DNA of 38,955 nucleotides, taken from sequence record SRR2962707_868. The stretch is one strand, 5' to 3'. The notes beneath the pieces were generated by a model that worked only from the letters and a program-made list of their open reading frames with translations, did not search any database and had not been told where the DNA came from. Positions 1 to 9,964 of this stretch are shown in pieces. Numbering within the stretch: the first letter of the stretch is position 1; every line of letters starts with the position of its first letter. A program made the position numbers and the translations under genes.

Positions 1-1
1 T

Positions 2-1795
2 GCCATCATCGCACACGTTGACCATGGCAAAACCACGCTCGTTGACAAGATCATCTACGCAACTCAAGAGTTCAGAGAAAATCAGGAAAAGGGCGAACTC
101 ATCCTGGATAACAATGACCTGGAGAGAGAAAGAGGAATTACCATTCTTTCAAAAAACGTATCTGCCGAATATAAAGAGGTAAAAATCAACATCATCGACA
201 CACCAGGTCACGCCGACTTTGGTGGTGAAGTGGAGCGAGTGCTAAAAATGGCTGATGGAGTGATCTTACTCGTTGACGCATTTGAAGGACCAATGCCACA
301 AACTCGATTTGTACTTGGCAAAGCACTTGGGCTTGGCTTGAAACCAATTGTTGTAGTAAACAAAGTAGATAAGGAAAACTGTCGCCCTGACGAGGTACAT
401 GAGCAGGTATTTGACTTGATGTTCTCTTTGGATGCCACTGAAGAACAGCTTGATTTTCACACCCTTTATGGATCAAGTAAGCATGGATGGTTTGGGGAAG
501 ACTGGCAAAAGCCAACTGACAATATTCTTCCGCTTTTGGACAAGATCATCGAAGTGATCCCTCCTGCACCATTCAATGAAGGTGTCCCGGCAATGCAGAT
601 CACCTCGTTAGACTTCTCCTCATTTACCGGTCGTATCGCTATCGGTCGGGTATGGCAAGGAACGCTGAAAGAAGGCGCTCAGCTTGGAATCAGCAAGCGA
701 GATGGATCGATGAAGAAAGTCAAGATCAAAGAACTGCACGTTTTTGAAGGGTTGGGAAAACGTAAAGTAACTGAAGTTAGAGCTGGAGACATCTGTGCCA
801 TTACAGGAATTGAAGATTTTGAGATCGGTGATACCATCACAGATTATGAAAATCCTCATGTAATGCCACGAATTGCCATTGATGAGCCTACTATGAGTAT
901 GATGTTTGCCATCAATGACTCCCCATTCTTTGGAAAAGAAGGAAAATTTGTAACCTCCAGGCACCTTAGAGACCGACTCATGAAAGAATTGGAGAAAAAT
1001 CTTGCTTTAAGAGTTGAAGAGACGGGTTCTGAAGATAAATTCCTGGTATACGGCCGGGGTGTTCTTCACTTGTCTGTATTGATAGAAACCATGAGACGTG
1101 AGGGATATGAACTACAGGTTGGTCAGCCTCAGGTGCTTTTCAAGCATGATGAAAACGGTCAGAAGCTGGAGCCCATTGAAAGCCTGGTAATTGATGTTCC
1201 TGAGGAATTCTCCGGAAAAGTCATTGAAATGGTGACTCAACGTAAAGGTGAATTAAAGGTGATGGAGCCGAAAGGCAATGTACAGCACCTTGAATTTGAG
1301 ATTCCTTCCAGGGGATTGATCGGTTTAAGAAATAACATGCTCACCGCAACCGCGGGCGAAGCAGTGATGACCCATAGACTTAAGGAATACCAGCCATTCA
1401 AAGGCAAAATTCCTGGACGTATCAATGGCTCTTTGATTTCAATGGAAAATGGTCCGGGCACACCTTACACGATCGACAAACTTCAGGATCGTGGTGTATT
1501 TTTCGTAGATCCTGGTGTTGATGTTTATACCGGACAGGTAATTGGTGAGCATAGCCGAGATAATGACTTGGTGGTGAACATTCAAAAAGGAAAGAAGCTT
1601 ACAAACATGCGAGCTTCCGGGTCAGACAACAATGCGAAGATTGCTCCGGCTAAAAAGTTTAGCCTTGAGGAAGCATTGGAGTACATCCAGAAAGATGAAT
1701 ACGTAGAAGTAACGCCCAAGTCGATCCGTATGAGAAAAATCTATCTTGACGAAAATCAACGCAAGCGAGTGGCGAATGCAGAAGCTAAGGTTTAA
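2..1795 (+). CDS. typA: Translational GTPase TypA/BipA (5' end outside window)
   Basis: The frame from base 2 reads AIIAHVDHGKTTLVD (G1), then ERERGITI, DTPGHADF (G3) and NKVD (G4). The C-terminus has the BipA-type motifs KGKKLTNMRASGSD and EYVEVTPKSIRMRK. The ORF is open from the window start. Confidence 0.98.
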   Translation, partial: AIIAHVDHGKTTLVDKIIYATQEFRENQEKGELILDNNDLERERGITILSKNVSAEYKEVKINIIDTPGHADFGGEVERVLKMADGVILLVDAFEGPMPQTRFVLGKALGLGLKPIVVVNKVDKENCRPDEVHEQVFDLMFSLDATEEQLDFHTLYGSSKHGWFGEDWQKPTDNILPLLDKIIEVIPPAPFNEGVPAMQITSLDFSSFTGRIAIGRVWQGTLKEGAQLGISKRDGSMKKVKIKELHVFEGLGKRKVTEVRAGDICAITGIEDFEIGDTITDYENPHVMPRIAIDEPTMSMMFAINDSPFFGKEGKFVTSRHLRDRLMKELEKNLALRVEETGSEDKFLVYGRGVLHLSVLIETMRREGYELQVGQPQVLFKHDENGQKLEPIESLVIDVPEEFSGKVIEMVTQRKGELKVMEPKGNVQHLEFEIPSRGLIGLRNNMLTATAGEAVMTHRLKEYQPFKGKIPGRINGSLISMENGPGTPYTIDKLQDRGVFFVDPGVDVYTGQVIGEHSRDNDLVVNIQKGKKLTNMRASGSDNNAKIAPAKKFSLEEALEYIQKDEYVEVTPKSIRMRKIYLDENQRKRVANAEAKV

Positions 1796-1820
1796 TTAAT
1801 AGTGAATTTAGAAAATTAAA

Positions 1821-1846
1821 GGGCCAACATCAGTTGGCCTTTTTTT
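1821..1846 (+). terminator. Intrinsic terminator after typA
   Basis: Hairpin GGCCAAC-ATCA-GTTGGCC followed by a T run. Confidence 0.85.
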
Positions 1847-1961
1847 GGTTGACTAAAACCATAAAACAGTCAACGCTACCATTCATATAATTTAACCACA
1901 GTTAACGAACTAAAAGATGGTTTTAATAGTAGAATTGCACACCATTTGATTTAAAGCTCAT

Positions 1962-3806
1962 ATGAAAAAAATACTCTCTCTCATACTTATTACCTCAAGC
2001 ATTTTTGTGGCTTCTCAAGAAGCTTATCAAGTCAGTATCGACCTGACCAAAGCAAAAAATGATCGTCTTCCGGTAGAAATAAAGCTACCACCCATTGAAG
2101 AAGAAATGGTTGAATATCATTTACCTAAAATCGTTCCGGGAACCTATAGTATTTCAGATTTTGGACGGTTTGTAGCTGAATTTAAAGCTTTTGATAAAAG
2201 TGGAAACCTTTTAGAGTCGGAAAACATCTCCACTAATAAGTGGATAATAAAAGACGCAACTAAATTGGATAAGATCACCTACTGGATGGAAGATTCTTTT
2301 GACGAGTTTGATGGTTATGGAAGTAACAAACTCTTCGAACCCGGAGGAATGAGTATTGAGGCAGAAAATGATGTTTATGTCATGAATACATTCGGGTTCG
2401 TGGGCTATGTAGACGGCTACAAATTCAACCCATATACCCTCACAATTATCCATGATCAAGAAATTCAGGGAGCAACATCACTTAAGAAAGAAGCGTTCTC
2501 AGATACTTCAGACACGTATACAGCAGCTAACTATAATTTCCTGGCTGATGCCCCAATCATGTACAGCAAGCCTGACATAGTATCCAAAAAGATTGCCGGT
2601 GCGGATATACTGGTTTCCGTTTACTCGCCGAATAAAGTATTATCTGCCGCGGATGTGATGGACAATATTGATGAATTGATGGAGGCTCAGGCCAAGTATC
2701 TTGGTGGTCAACTACCTGTTGACAGATATGCATACCTCATTTACCTATTTGACAGTCCAACCATTTCGGGCTCTTATGGAGCACTTGAACATTCATACTC
2801 TTCATTGTATACCCTACCTGAAATGGATCCCGAGCGAATCAGTCAAACAGTAAAAGATGTAGCAGCACATGAATTTTTTCATATCGTGACTCCATTGAAT
2901 ATTCATTCAGAGGAAATCCATAATTTCAACTATATCGAGCCGGAAATGAGCCAGCACTTGTGGCTATACGAAGGGGTTACTGAATATGCTTCTCAGCACG
3001 TTCAAATCAAATACGACTTGTATGATATGGAAGATTTCCTTTCGGAAATGCGAAATAAATTGAATCAGCAGGAGCAATACAATGTTGACATACCATATAC
3101 AGAGTTTAGTGCGAACATACTCGAACCAAAAAATGAGCGCAGATATGGAGATGTGTATGCAGGTGGTGCATTAATCGCCTGGTGTCTGGATTTGACAATA
3201 ATCAAGTCAACCAATGGCCAAAAAGACCTTCAAACTGTATTGAGAGAGCTTTCCAAGCAATACGGACCGATGAAGGCTTTCAAAGATGAGGAGTTATTTG
3301 GTGAGATTGAGAGAATTACCACCCCTGAAGTTGGAGATTTTTTAAGGACTTATGTAGGGGGAGATGAGAAATTACCGTACACCGAAATACTTGGTTGGGC
3401 CGGAATTCGATATCTGTCAGAGAGTGATGAAAAAGTAATCACCGCTGGGAAGTTTGCTCCAGCGGTCAACGAAAATCAAGAGATTTATATCGCCGATACC
3501 GACGAAATGAATGACTTTGGAAAAGATTTAGGCTTAAAAGAAGGAGACATTCTACTCGAATGGAATGACAATGAAGTAACGATTCAATCGTTTCAGGATA
3601 TCATTCAGTCATTCTACAGTGAAACAGAGGCCGGAGATAAAATTACTGTTTTGGTGAGAAGAGATGTAAAAGGAAAATCCAAAGAGGTAAAACTGAAAGC
3701 GAAAGCAAAAAAAGTGAAGTCCTCGCAAAAACATCTGCTAGAGGTTATCGAAAACCCGTCTCCTGAACAACAGAAAATCAAAGCTATTTGGCTGGGTAAA
3801 TCGTAA
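1962..3806 (+). CDS. M61 family glycyl aminopeptidase with C-terminal PDZ domain, exported
   Basis: Signal peptide. M61 motifs PKIVPGTYS, GALEHSYS, AAHEFFH (HExxH) and LWLYEGVTEY. PDZ-like GLKEGDILLEWN. Confidence 0.92.
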   Translation: MKKILSLILITSSIFVASQEAYQVSIDLTKAKNDRLPVEIKLPPIEEEMVEYHLPKIVPGTYSISDFGRFVAEFKAFDKSGNLLESENISTNKWIIKDATKLDKITYWMEDSFDEFDGYGSNKLFEPGGMSIEAENDVYVMNTFGFVGYVDGYKFNPYTLTIIHDQEIQGATSLKKEAFSDTSDTYTAANYNFLADAPIMYSKPDIVSKKIAGADILVSVYSPNKVLSAADVMDNIDELMEAQAKYLGGQLPVDRYAYLIYLFDSPTISGSYGALEHSYSSLYTLPEMDPERISQTVKDVAAHEFFHIVTPLNIHSEEIHNFNYIEPEMSQHLWLYEGVTEYASQHVQIKYDLYDMEDFLSEMRNKLNQQEQYNVDIPYTEFSANILEPKNERRYGDVYAGGALIAWCLDLTIIKSTNGQKDLQTVLRELSKQYGPMKAFKDEELFGEIERITTPEVGDFLRTYVGGDEKLPYTEILGWAGIRYLSESDEKVITAGKFAPAVNENQEIYIADTDEMNDFGKDLGLKEGDILLEWNDNEVTIQSFQDIIQSFYSETEAGDKITVLVRRDVKGKSKEVKLKAKAKKVKSSQKHLLEVIENPSPEQQKIKAIWLGKS

Positions 3807-3849
3807 CCATTATCAATTATTCGGGTTTAACTAACAGACCTAATTAAGT

Positions 3850-5196
3850 ATGAAAAGAAATAATAAATTAATCATTTTTGGTGGCGCCATTTTGGCGGTC
3901 ATACTCGTCTTCGCCTTTAGTGGAGGTTCTTCAGACTCTACCCCTGAAATAATCGTTGAGGTGGAGCAAGGAGAGTTCGTAGTGGACATCACCACCTCCG
4001 GATCCCTGGACGCCAAAAATTCGGTACCTATCAAGGGCCCTACCGGCCTTAGAAATTATCGAATCTGGAACGTGACCATCCAGGATATAATAGATGAGGG
4101 AACTGAGGTTGAAAAAGGTCAATATGTTGCCAGATTGGATCCATCGGAATTGACTGGCAGGATAAAAGACGCTCAACTCGAAGTGGATGAGACCCAATCA
4201 CAGTTTACACAGACCAGGTTAGACACGGCATTAACAATGCGTCAAGCTCGGGATGAGTTGATCAACCTTGAATACACCGTTCGAGAAAAGCAACTTACGC
4301 TTGATCAATCACAATTTGAGCCGCCTGCAACCATTCAAAAAGCAGAAATCGATCTCGAAAAAGCAAAGAGAGCCCTTCAGCAGGCTAAGGAAAATTATGA
4401 AATCAAGCGTCAGCAAAATGTGGCTAAAATGCAGGAAGCATCCGCAGAGCTAAGAGGAGATAAAAATGAACTTGAAGGATTAATGGCTCTTTCCAAAGAT
4501 TTTACCATCCTGGCCCCACAAGACGGGATGTTGATATATGAAAGAAGTTGGGACGGCAAACCGGTAAAAGCAGGTTCACAAGTCAGTGCGTGGGATCCTG
4601 TGGTAGCTACCTTGCCTGACCTAAGTAAGATGATTTCAAAGACCTATGTGAATGAGGTTGACATTAGAAAAGTGAAACCCGGTCAAAGCGCAGAAATTGG
4701 TTTCGATGCATTTCCTGATAAAAAACTCAAGGGTCGGGTGACAAAAGTCGCTAACGTAGGTGAGCAAAGACCAAATTCTGATGCCAAAGTATTCGAAGTG
4801 GAAATCGAAGTGTTTGGTACAGATCCTCTTCTAAAACCCGGTATGACCACCAGCAATAAAATCATAACGAAAACGGTAGATGAAGCGCTTTACATTCCAT
4901 TGGAGTGTTTGCACTCACAATATGATTCGATCACTTATGTATTTAAGAAGTCAGGAGCCTCGACCATAAAACAGGAAGTGATGATTGGTGATGCAAACGC
5001 AGAGAGCGTGCACATAAAAGCCGGATTAGAAGCTAGTGACCGGGTTCATTTATCGTCAGTTCAGGGAATGGAGAGTCAGGATATTGAGTTGATTCCTGAA
5101 ATGGACGGTAAAAGAAACACCAAAGAAGAAGAGGTGGCTGAAGAGCCGGTACAAACCAAACCTCAATTCCCACAAGGACGAAGAAGAAAAAACTAA
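3850..5196 (+). CDS. Efflux periplasmic adaptor (membrane fusion protein, MacA/HlyD-like)
   Basis: N-terminal TM anchor, lipoyl half-motifs (EGTEVEKGQ; ILAPQDG), long coiled coil, VNEVDIRKVKPGQ and LKPGMT. Confidence 0.92.
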   Translation: MKRNNKLIIFGGAILAVILVFAFSGGSSDSTPEIIVEVEQGEFVVDITTSGSLDAKNSVPIKGPTGLRNYRIWNVTIQDIIDEGTEVEKGQYVARLDPSELTGRIKDAQLEVDETQSQFTQTRLDTALTMRQARDELINLEYTVREKQLTLDQSQFEPPATIQKAEIDLEKAKRALQQAKENYEIKRQQNVAKMQEASAELRGDKNELEGLMALSKDFTILAPQDGMLIYERSWDGKPVKAGSQVSAWDPVVATLPDLSKMISKTYVNEVDIRKVKPGQSAEIGFDAFPDKKLKGRVTKVANVGEQRPNSDAKVFEVEIEVFGTDPLLKPGMTTSNKIITKTVDEALYIPLECLHSQYDSITYVFKKSGASTIKQEVMIGDANAESVHIKAGLEASDRVHLSSVQGMESQDIELIPEMDGKRNTKEEEVAEEPVQTKPQFPQGRRRKN

Positions 5197-5197
5197 G

Positions 5198-6571
5198 ATG
5201 AACAAAGAGCGAGTCTTAGCCAATCTTGGGATTGCTATCGAAGCAGTTCTTGCCAACCGTATGCGATCGGTGCTTACAGCCCTTGGAATCATCTTTGGTG
5301 TGGCTGCTGTAATCGCCATGCTAGCGATTGGTAATGGAGCTCAGCAGGAGATACTTGAGCAAATCAAACTGGTTGGTGTTAACAACATCATCATTGAGCC
5401 GGTAGTAGAGCAAACCGAAGAAACCCTTGCAGAGGAGGGTGAAGGCAAGGAAAAGAAAAAGTTCTCCCCCGGACTAACACTGGAAGACAAAGAGTCAATC
5501 ATGAAGACAATTCCGGGAGTGGAAACCATCAGCCCGGAAATTCTCCTTGAGACATACATCATCAAAAACGGTATTCGAAGGTCCGCAAAACTGGTTGGTG
5601 TGGAACCCTCCTACTTTGACATTTTCAATTTCTCTCTGGCTGAGGGTAAAATGTTCAATGAAACACAGCTGGAAAAAGGGGAAGCCGTTTGCATTATCGG
5701 GAAGTCAATACGAGCAAAATTCTTTCCCTCTGAAAACCCGGTGGGTAAAATGCTGAAGTGCGGACCTAACTGGCTAAAAGTAGTTGGCGTTTTAGATGAG
5801 CGATACATCAGCGAAAGCAGTATCAGCAAATTGGGTATCAGAGACTATAATATGGATGTATACACCCCATTACAAACGGTCCTTGTTCGCTATAAGAATC
5901 GGTCCATGCTGACTCAGGAAATGATCCAGGGAGCCAATCGAGGATCATCAGGTAACGTGATCATTATCGGTGGTGGTGGAAGTAATGGTTCTAATAATGA
6001 ATCCCAACAGTCTGTCAATTACCACCAACTTGACCGTTTGGTTGTACAGGTTGCAGAGACTGAAAAGCTGAATCCTACGGCGGATGTCATCGTACGAATG
6101 CTCGAACGAAAGCACAATCAGGTAGTTGATTATGAAATAGAAATTCCTGAGCTCTTACTCAAACAACAGCAGCGAACAAATGATATCTTCAGCTATGTGC
6201 TTGGAGCCATCGCCGGTATTTCATTAATTGTGGGTGGTATTGGTATCATGAACATCATGCTGGCATCCGTTTTGGAACGTATTAAAGAAATTGGTCTTAG
6301 ACTTTCCATTGGAGCCAAGAAAGCCGACATCATCAATCAGTTTATGTTCGAATCCATGATGATCAGCATCAGCGGTGGATTTATTGGTATTTTGTTGGGT
6401 GTCATTATGGCATCAGCAGTTAGCCGGTTTGCAGACATTCCTACCGTTATTTCATTTGGTTCCATACTTATTTCATTCGGTGTTGCTACCGCGATCGGGC
6501 TCATCTTCGGAATTGCCCCGGCACGAAAAGCAGCCATGCAAGATCCTATTACCTCACTTAGATATGAATAG
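5198..6571 (+). CDS. ABC transporter permease, MacB/FtsX family (no fused ATPase)
   Basis: RSVLTALGIIFGVAAVIAM, a periplasmic domain, GGIGIMNIMLASVLERIKEIGLR and C-terminal PARKAAMQDPITSLRYE. Confidence 0.93.
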   Translation: MNKERVLANLGIAIEAVLANRMRSVLTALGIIFGVAAVIAMLAIGNGAQQEILEQIKLVGVNNIIIEPVVEQTEETLAEEGEGKEKKKFSPGLTLEDKESIMKTIPGVETISPEILLETYIIKNGIRRSAKLVGVEPSYFDIFNFSLAEGKMFNETQLEKGEAVCIIGKSIRAKFFPSENPVGKMLKCGPNWLKVVGVLDERYISESSISKLGIRDYNMDVYTPLQTVLVRYKNRSMLTQEMIQGANRGSSGNVIIIGGGGSNGSNNESQQSVNYHQLDRLVVQVAETEKLNPTADVIVRMLERKHNQVVDYEIEIPELLLKQQQRTNDIFSYVLGAIAGISLIVGGIGIMNIMLASVLERIKEIGLRLSIGAKKADIINQFMFESMMISISGGFIGILLGVIMASAVSRFADIPTVISFGSILISFGVATAIGLIFGIAPARKAAMQDPITSLRYE

Positions 6572-8012
6572 AATAATTGCCATCATTTGCTTGTTGATCG
6601 TAAGCGCATCAGCAAATGCACAAATCGAATATACGCTTGATAATATCATTGATTTGGCTCAAGGTCAGTCGCCCCAAGCCAAACAGGCTGAGACCAGAAA
6701 AGAAAACAGGTATTGGCAGTATCGTTTTTTCAGGTCAAACTATAACCCTCAGCTTGCTTTGAGTGGAAACTTGCCAGCCTACAGCAACCAGTTTATTCCG
6801 GTTGTTCAGGAAGATGGTTCCACGCAGTTTAGACCGGTAGAGCAAACAAACTCATCACTTGCACTCGGCCTTTTCCAGCCGATCTCCCCTACTGGAGGAA
6901 GTGTTTCAGTAAACACCAGGGCTAGCCAGTTTCAGGATTTAGTCATTGATGATACCCGATGGAGAAGTACTATTGTTGATCTGACCATCAATCAGCCCAT
7001 TTTTGCTTTCAATGAATTGAAGTGGGATAAAAAAACAGAACCAATTCGATACGAGGAGTCCAAAAGAAGCTATGTGGAAGAAATGGAGTTTGTATCCAGA
7101 ACAGCAGTGCAGCGGTTTTTTGACTATCTGGATGCTCAGGTAAACTACCAAATTGCCGAATTCAACCTTTCAAACAATGACACCATTTACAACATTGAAA
7201 AAGGACGATATAATATTGGAACCACGTCGGAAGACAAACTATTGCAAGTAGAACTTCAGCTGCTTCGATCCAAACAAGATCTTGCAAATGCAGAGTTAGA
7301 TCTTCAAACATCACGTCTCGCACTACGCACATTTATTGGATTAAACGAAGGGCAAAACTTTAACCTTGCACTTCCAGAAGATATTCCCATATTTCCCGTA
7401 GATGAGGATTTAGCATTGCAATATGCTAAGGACAATCGTTCAGATTTCATTGCTTTTGAAAGAAGACGTATAGAAGCCGATGCACAAGTGGCACAAGCTA
7501 AAGGTCAGCGCTTTCAAATGAATCTAAATGCCTCTTTTGGACTTAACAGTGCCGGACAAACGTTTGACCAGTCGTATCAGGACGGACAAACGCAGCAGTT
7601 CGCTAACCTCACATTGAATATCCCAATTGTAAACTGGGGTAGAAATGAAGCCAGAATGAAAACAGCTTTGGCTAACAAGCAGCTGACTGATTACGTCATT
7701 GCGCAGGAAGAGCAAAACTTCGAACAGGAGATCATCACGCAGGTACGACAGTTAGATGTACTACAGCAGCAAATTGAGATCTCAAAGAAATCGGATGAGG
7801 TAGCTCAGAAGCGATACGAGGTGGCACAAAATCGCTACCTGATTGGAAAGATTGATATTACTAACCTTAACATCGCATTGACAGAAAAAGACAATGCGCG
7901 TAGAAGCTACATCAATGCACTCCGCGCTTACTGGATCGCTTATTATGATCTAAGAAGATTAACACTGTATGATTTTGCGAATAATGAGCTGTTGTATACG
8001 GTGAATGATTAG
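6564..8012 (+). CDS. TolC family outer-membrane efflux protein
   Basis: The probable start is the ATG at 6564, overlapping the permease stop, which gives signal peptide MNRIIAIICLLIVSASANA|Q. Two OEP-like repeats (RYNIGTTS; RYLIGKID). Third gene of an MFP-permease-OMF operon. Confidence 0.9.
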   Translation: MNRIIAIICLLIVSASANAQIEYTLDNIIDLAQGQSPQAKQAETRKENRYWQYRFFRSNYNPQLALSGNLPAYSNQFIPVVQEDGSTQFRPVEQTNSSLALGLFQPISPTGGSVSVNTRASQFQDLVIDDTRWRSTIVDLTINQPIFAFNELKWDKKTEPIRYEESKRSYVEEMEFVSRTAVQRFFDYLDAQVNYQIAEFNLSNNDTIYNIEKGRYNIGTTSEDKLLQVELQLLRSKQDLANAELDLQTSRLALRTFIGLNEGQNFNLALPEDIPIFPVDEDLALQYAKDNRSDFIAFERRRIEADAQVAQAKGQRFQMNLNASFGLNSAGQTFDQSYQDGQTQQFANLTLNIPIVNWGRNEARMKTALANKQLTDYVIAQEEQNFEQEIITQVRQLDVLQQQIEISKKSDEVAQKRYEVAQNRYLIGKIDITNLNIALTEKDNARRSYINALRAYWIAYYDLRRLTLYDFANNELLYTVND

Positions 8013-8026
8013 ACCTCTTTTATTTA

Positions 8027-8746
8027 TTATGTATTTTTTTTAGGCAGTACCATCAAAATTCTTTCCTTTAACAATTGAAGATCTTCAATATCATTCCCTA
8101 AATCAATGTTCTCATTCAATTCATGATAAAATTCAAGAGAGTGACTCTGTAAATTGTAAATACATAAAAACGCTCTTAAATACGGTATTTCATCAATAGT
8201 TTTTCCTGAATTATTTCTTAGAAATTCTAAGATTTTATCTTCAAAATTCTGATTAGCATTATAAACGTTGATTACATAGAGAAAAAATACTCTATCGTAT
8301 GAAGTATTATCCATATCCTCAATCTGCTGAATTTCTCTAGATGTATATCTTGGAAAATACCTTGGAGTATTTTGATTAAAGTTTAGTGACTTGGGGTACT
8401 TACTCTTAACTTCATTATATATTGTTAGATGAAGTAGCTTCAAAGAATTTGAATCAATTTCAACATGATTTAAATATTCATTTTTAATTTTTGAGGAATT
8501 AAAGAAACTAACTAAAGAATCGGTGACCGACTTTTCTAATTGAACATTGTGTTTATAAATGTCCACATCTAAATAACCCAACCAATCTTTGTCGACATAC
8601 CTTATATCTACAAATGGTTGAATATATACATTTGGCACTATAATATCTTCCTTGTTTATTAAGTATCTAGGATTAACATTACATCCAAATAACAAGAATA
8701 AACCTGCTATGAACGATGTATGCAAGAAGGAATTTATAGTTTTCAT
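8027..8746 (-). CDS. Hypothetical lipoprotein, AT-rich
   Basis: 239-aa ORF with a lipobox-like FLLFG|C at residue 22. The DNA is visibly more AT-rich than its neighbours. No family recognised. Confidence 0.7.
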   Translation of the reverse strand: MKTINSFLHTSFIAGLFLLFGCNVNPRYLINKEDIIVPNVYIQPFVDIRYVDKDWLGYLDVDIYKHNVQLEKSVTDSLVSFFNSSKIKNEYLNHVEIDSNSLKLLHLTIYNEVKSKYPKSLNFNQNTPRYFPRYTSREIQQIEDMDNTSYDRVFFLYVINVYNANQNFEDKILEFLRNNSGKTIDEIPYLRAFLCIYNLQSHSLEFYHELNENIDLGNDIEDLQLLKERILMVLPKKNT

Positions 8747-8795
8747 TTCGAGATTTATTTTATAAAACTCAAACCATACTAATGGAAAAATTTTA

Positions 8796-9722
8796 TTAAA
8801 TCTTCAACTTCCTCATCCCTTTAAAATACAGCCACATCATTTTAAGCTTGGAGCCGCCTTTCTTTCGGCCCATCTCCATGGCATCCCAGAGCTCTTCCGG
8901 TATCGCTTCTAATCCGTTAAACTCACCAGCGCCCATCAGCCATTCTCCTCCATCGATGGTGATGACCTCTCCGTTGATGTAGGCTGAATAATCAGAAACC
9001 AGATAGGCCGCCAGGTTGGCGAGCTCCTGATGATCTCCTACCCGCTGTAAGGGTACCTTCTTCGCGGGATCATATTTCTTTTGCAAATTTCCGGGCAATA
9101 GTCGATCCCATGCTCCTTCGGTTGGGAATGGTCCAGGTGCAATGGCATTGCTTCGAATGCCATATTTTGCCCATTCTACAGCCAGTGATCGGGTCATTGC
9201 CAGCACACCGCTTTTGGCACACGCAGAAGGAACTACATAACCAGAACCTGTCCACGCATAGGTGGTGACAATGTTCAGGATATTCCCCTTTTGCTTGTTT
9301 TCAATCCAGTCCTTACCCATCGCGAGCGTGAAATTGTAGCTGCCTCGCAATACAATATCTACCACTGTATCAAATGCGCGGTGGGAAAGCCGCTCGGTGG
9401 GGCTAATGAAGTTTCCGGCTGCATTGTTTAGCAACACATCCACCTTTCCAAACTTCTCTTTCGCCTCTTTAATCACTCGCTCCACCTGCTCATATTCTCG
9501 CACATCACACGCCACACAATGAACAGGATAACCGGTCTTTTCTGTAATTTCTTTGGCGGTCTCTTCGAGCACCTCCATCTTCCGGCTGGTGATAACCAGA
9601 TTTGCTCCTAATTCTGAAAAATAGGCTCCCATGGACTTACCTAGTCCGGTTCCTCCTCCTGTTACAATGATCGTTTTGCCCTTTAGTGATTCGGGGCTAA
9701 GCATGCCTTGCGTGTGACTCAT
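8796..9722 (-). CDS. SDR family oxidoreductase, 2,4-dienoyl-CoA reductase-like
   Basis: TGGGTGLG, NNAAGNF, TRSLAVEW, NAIAPGP and DGGEW. The likely start is the ATG at 9722 (MSHTQGML). Confidence 0.9.
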   Translation of the reverse strand: MSHTQGMLSPESLKGKTIIVTGGGTGLGKSMGAYFSELGANLVITSRKMEVLEETAKEITEKTGYPVHCVACDVREYEQVERVIKEAKEKFGKVDVLLNNAAGNFISPTERLSHRAFDTVVDIVLRGSYNFTLAMGKDWIENKQKGNILNIVTTYAWTGSGYVVPSACAKSGVLAMTRSLAVEWAKYGIRSNAIAPGPFPTEGAWDRLLPGNLQKKYDPAKKVPLQRVGDHQELANLAAYLVSDYSAYINGEVITIDGGEWLMGAGEFNGLEAIPEELWDAMEMGRKKGGSKLKMMWLYFKGMRKLKI

Positions 9723-9765
9723 AAAATTAAATTTTGTTTGTACTGGCAAGATAGCTAATGGATAT

Positions 9766-9802
9766 AAAAAAGTCGTCCCACCACTCTGAGTGGTGGGACG
9801 AC
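9766..9802 (-). terminator. Strong intrinsic terminator-like hairpin (minus strand)
   Basis: Perfect 15-bp inverted repeat GTCGTCCCACCACTC-T-GAGTGGTGGGACGAC (9772-9802). An A6 tract on the left reads as U6 on the minus strand. Confidence 0.8.
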
Positions 9803-9828
9803 CGGCACTAAATAATTATAACAGGCAT

Positions 9829-9859
9829 AAAAAAAGAAGAGGCCCATAAAGGAGCCTCT
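9829..9859 (-). terminator. Second terminator-like hairpin (minus strand)
   Basis: Minus strand reads AGAGGCTCC-TTTAT-GGGCCTCT followed by TCTTTTTTT. Confidence 0.65.
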
Positions 9860-9964
9860 ACATTTGGCAGTGAATAGAGCGGTAAGTATCTGAGATCAAA
9901 GTACTCAACTTATCAATTGATAAACAATACCCACTTTAGGGTATTTTTCATTTTTCTTCATTAG

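Noticed and set aside
6375-6563. Upstream extension of the TolC ORF in the ORF track
   Set aside because: It overlaps the permease CDS. The ATG at 6564 gives a clean signal peptide and translational coupling.
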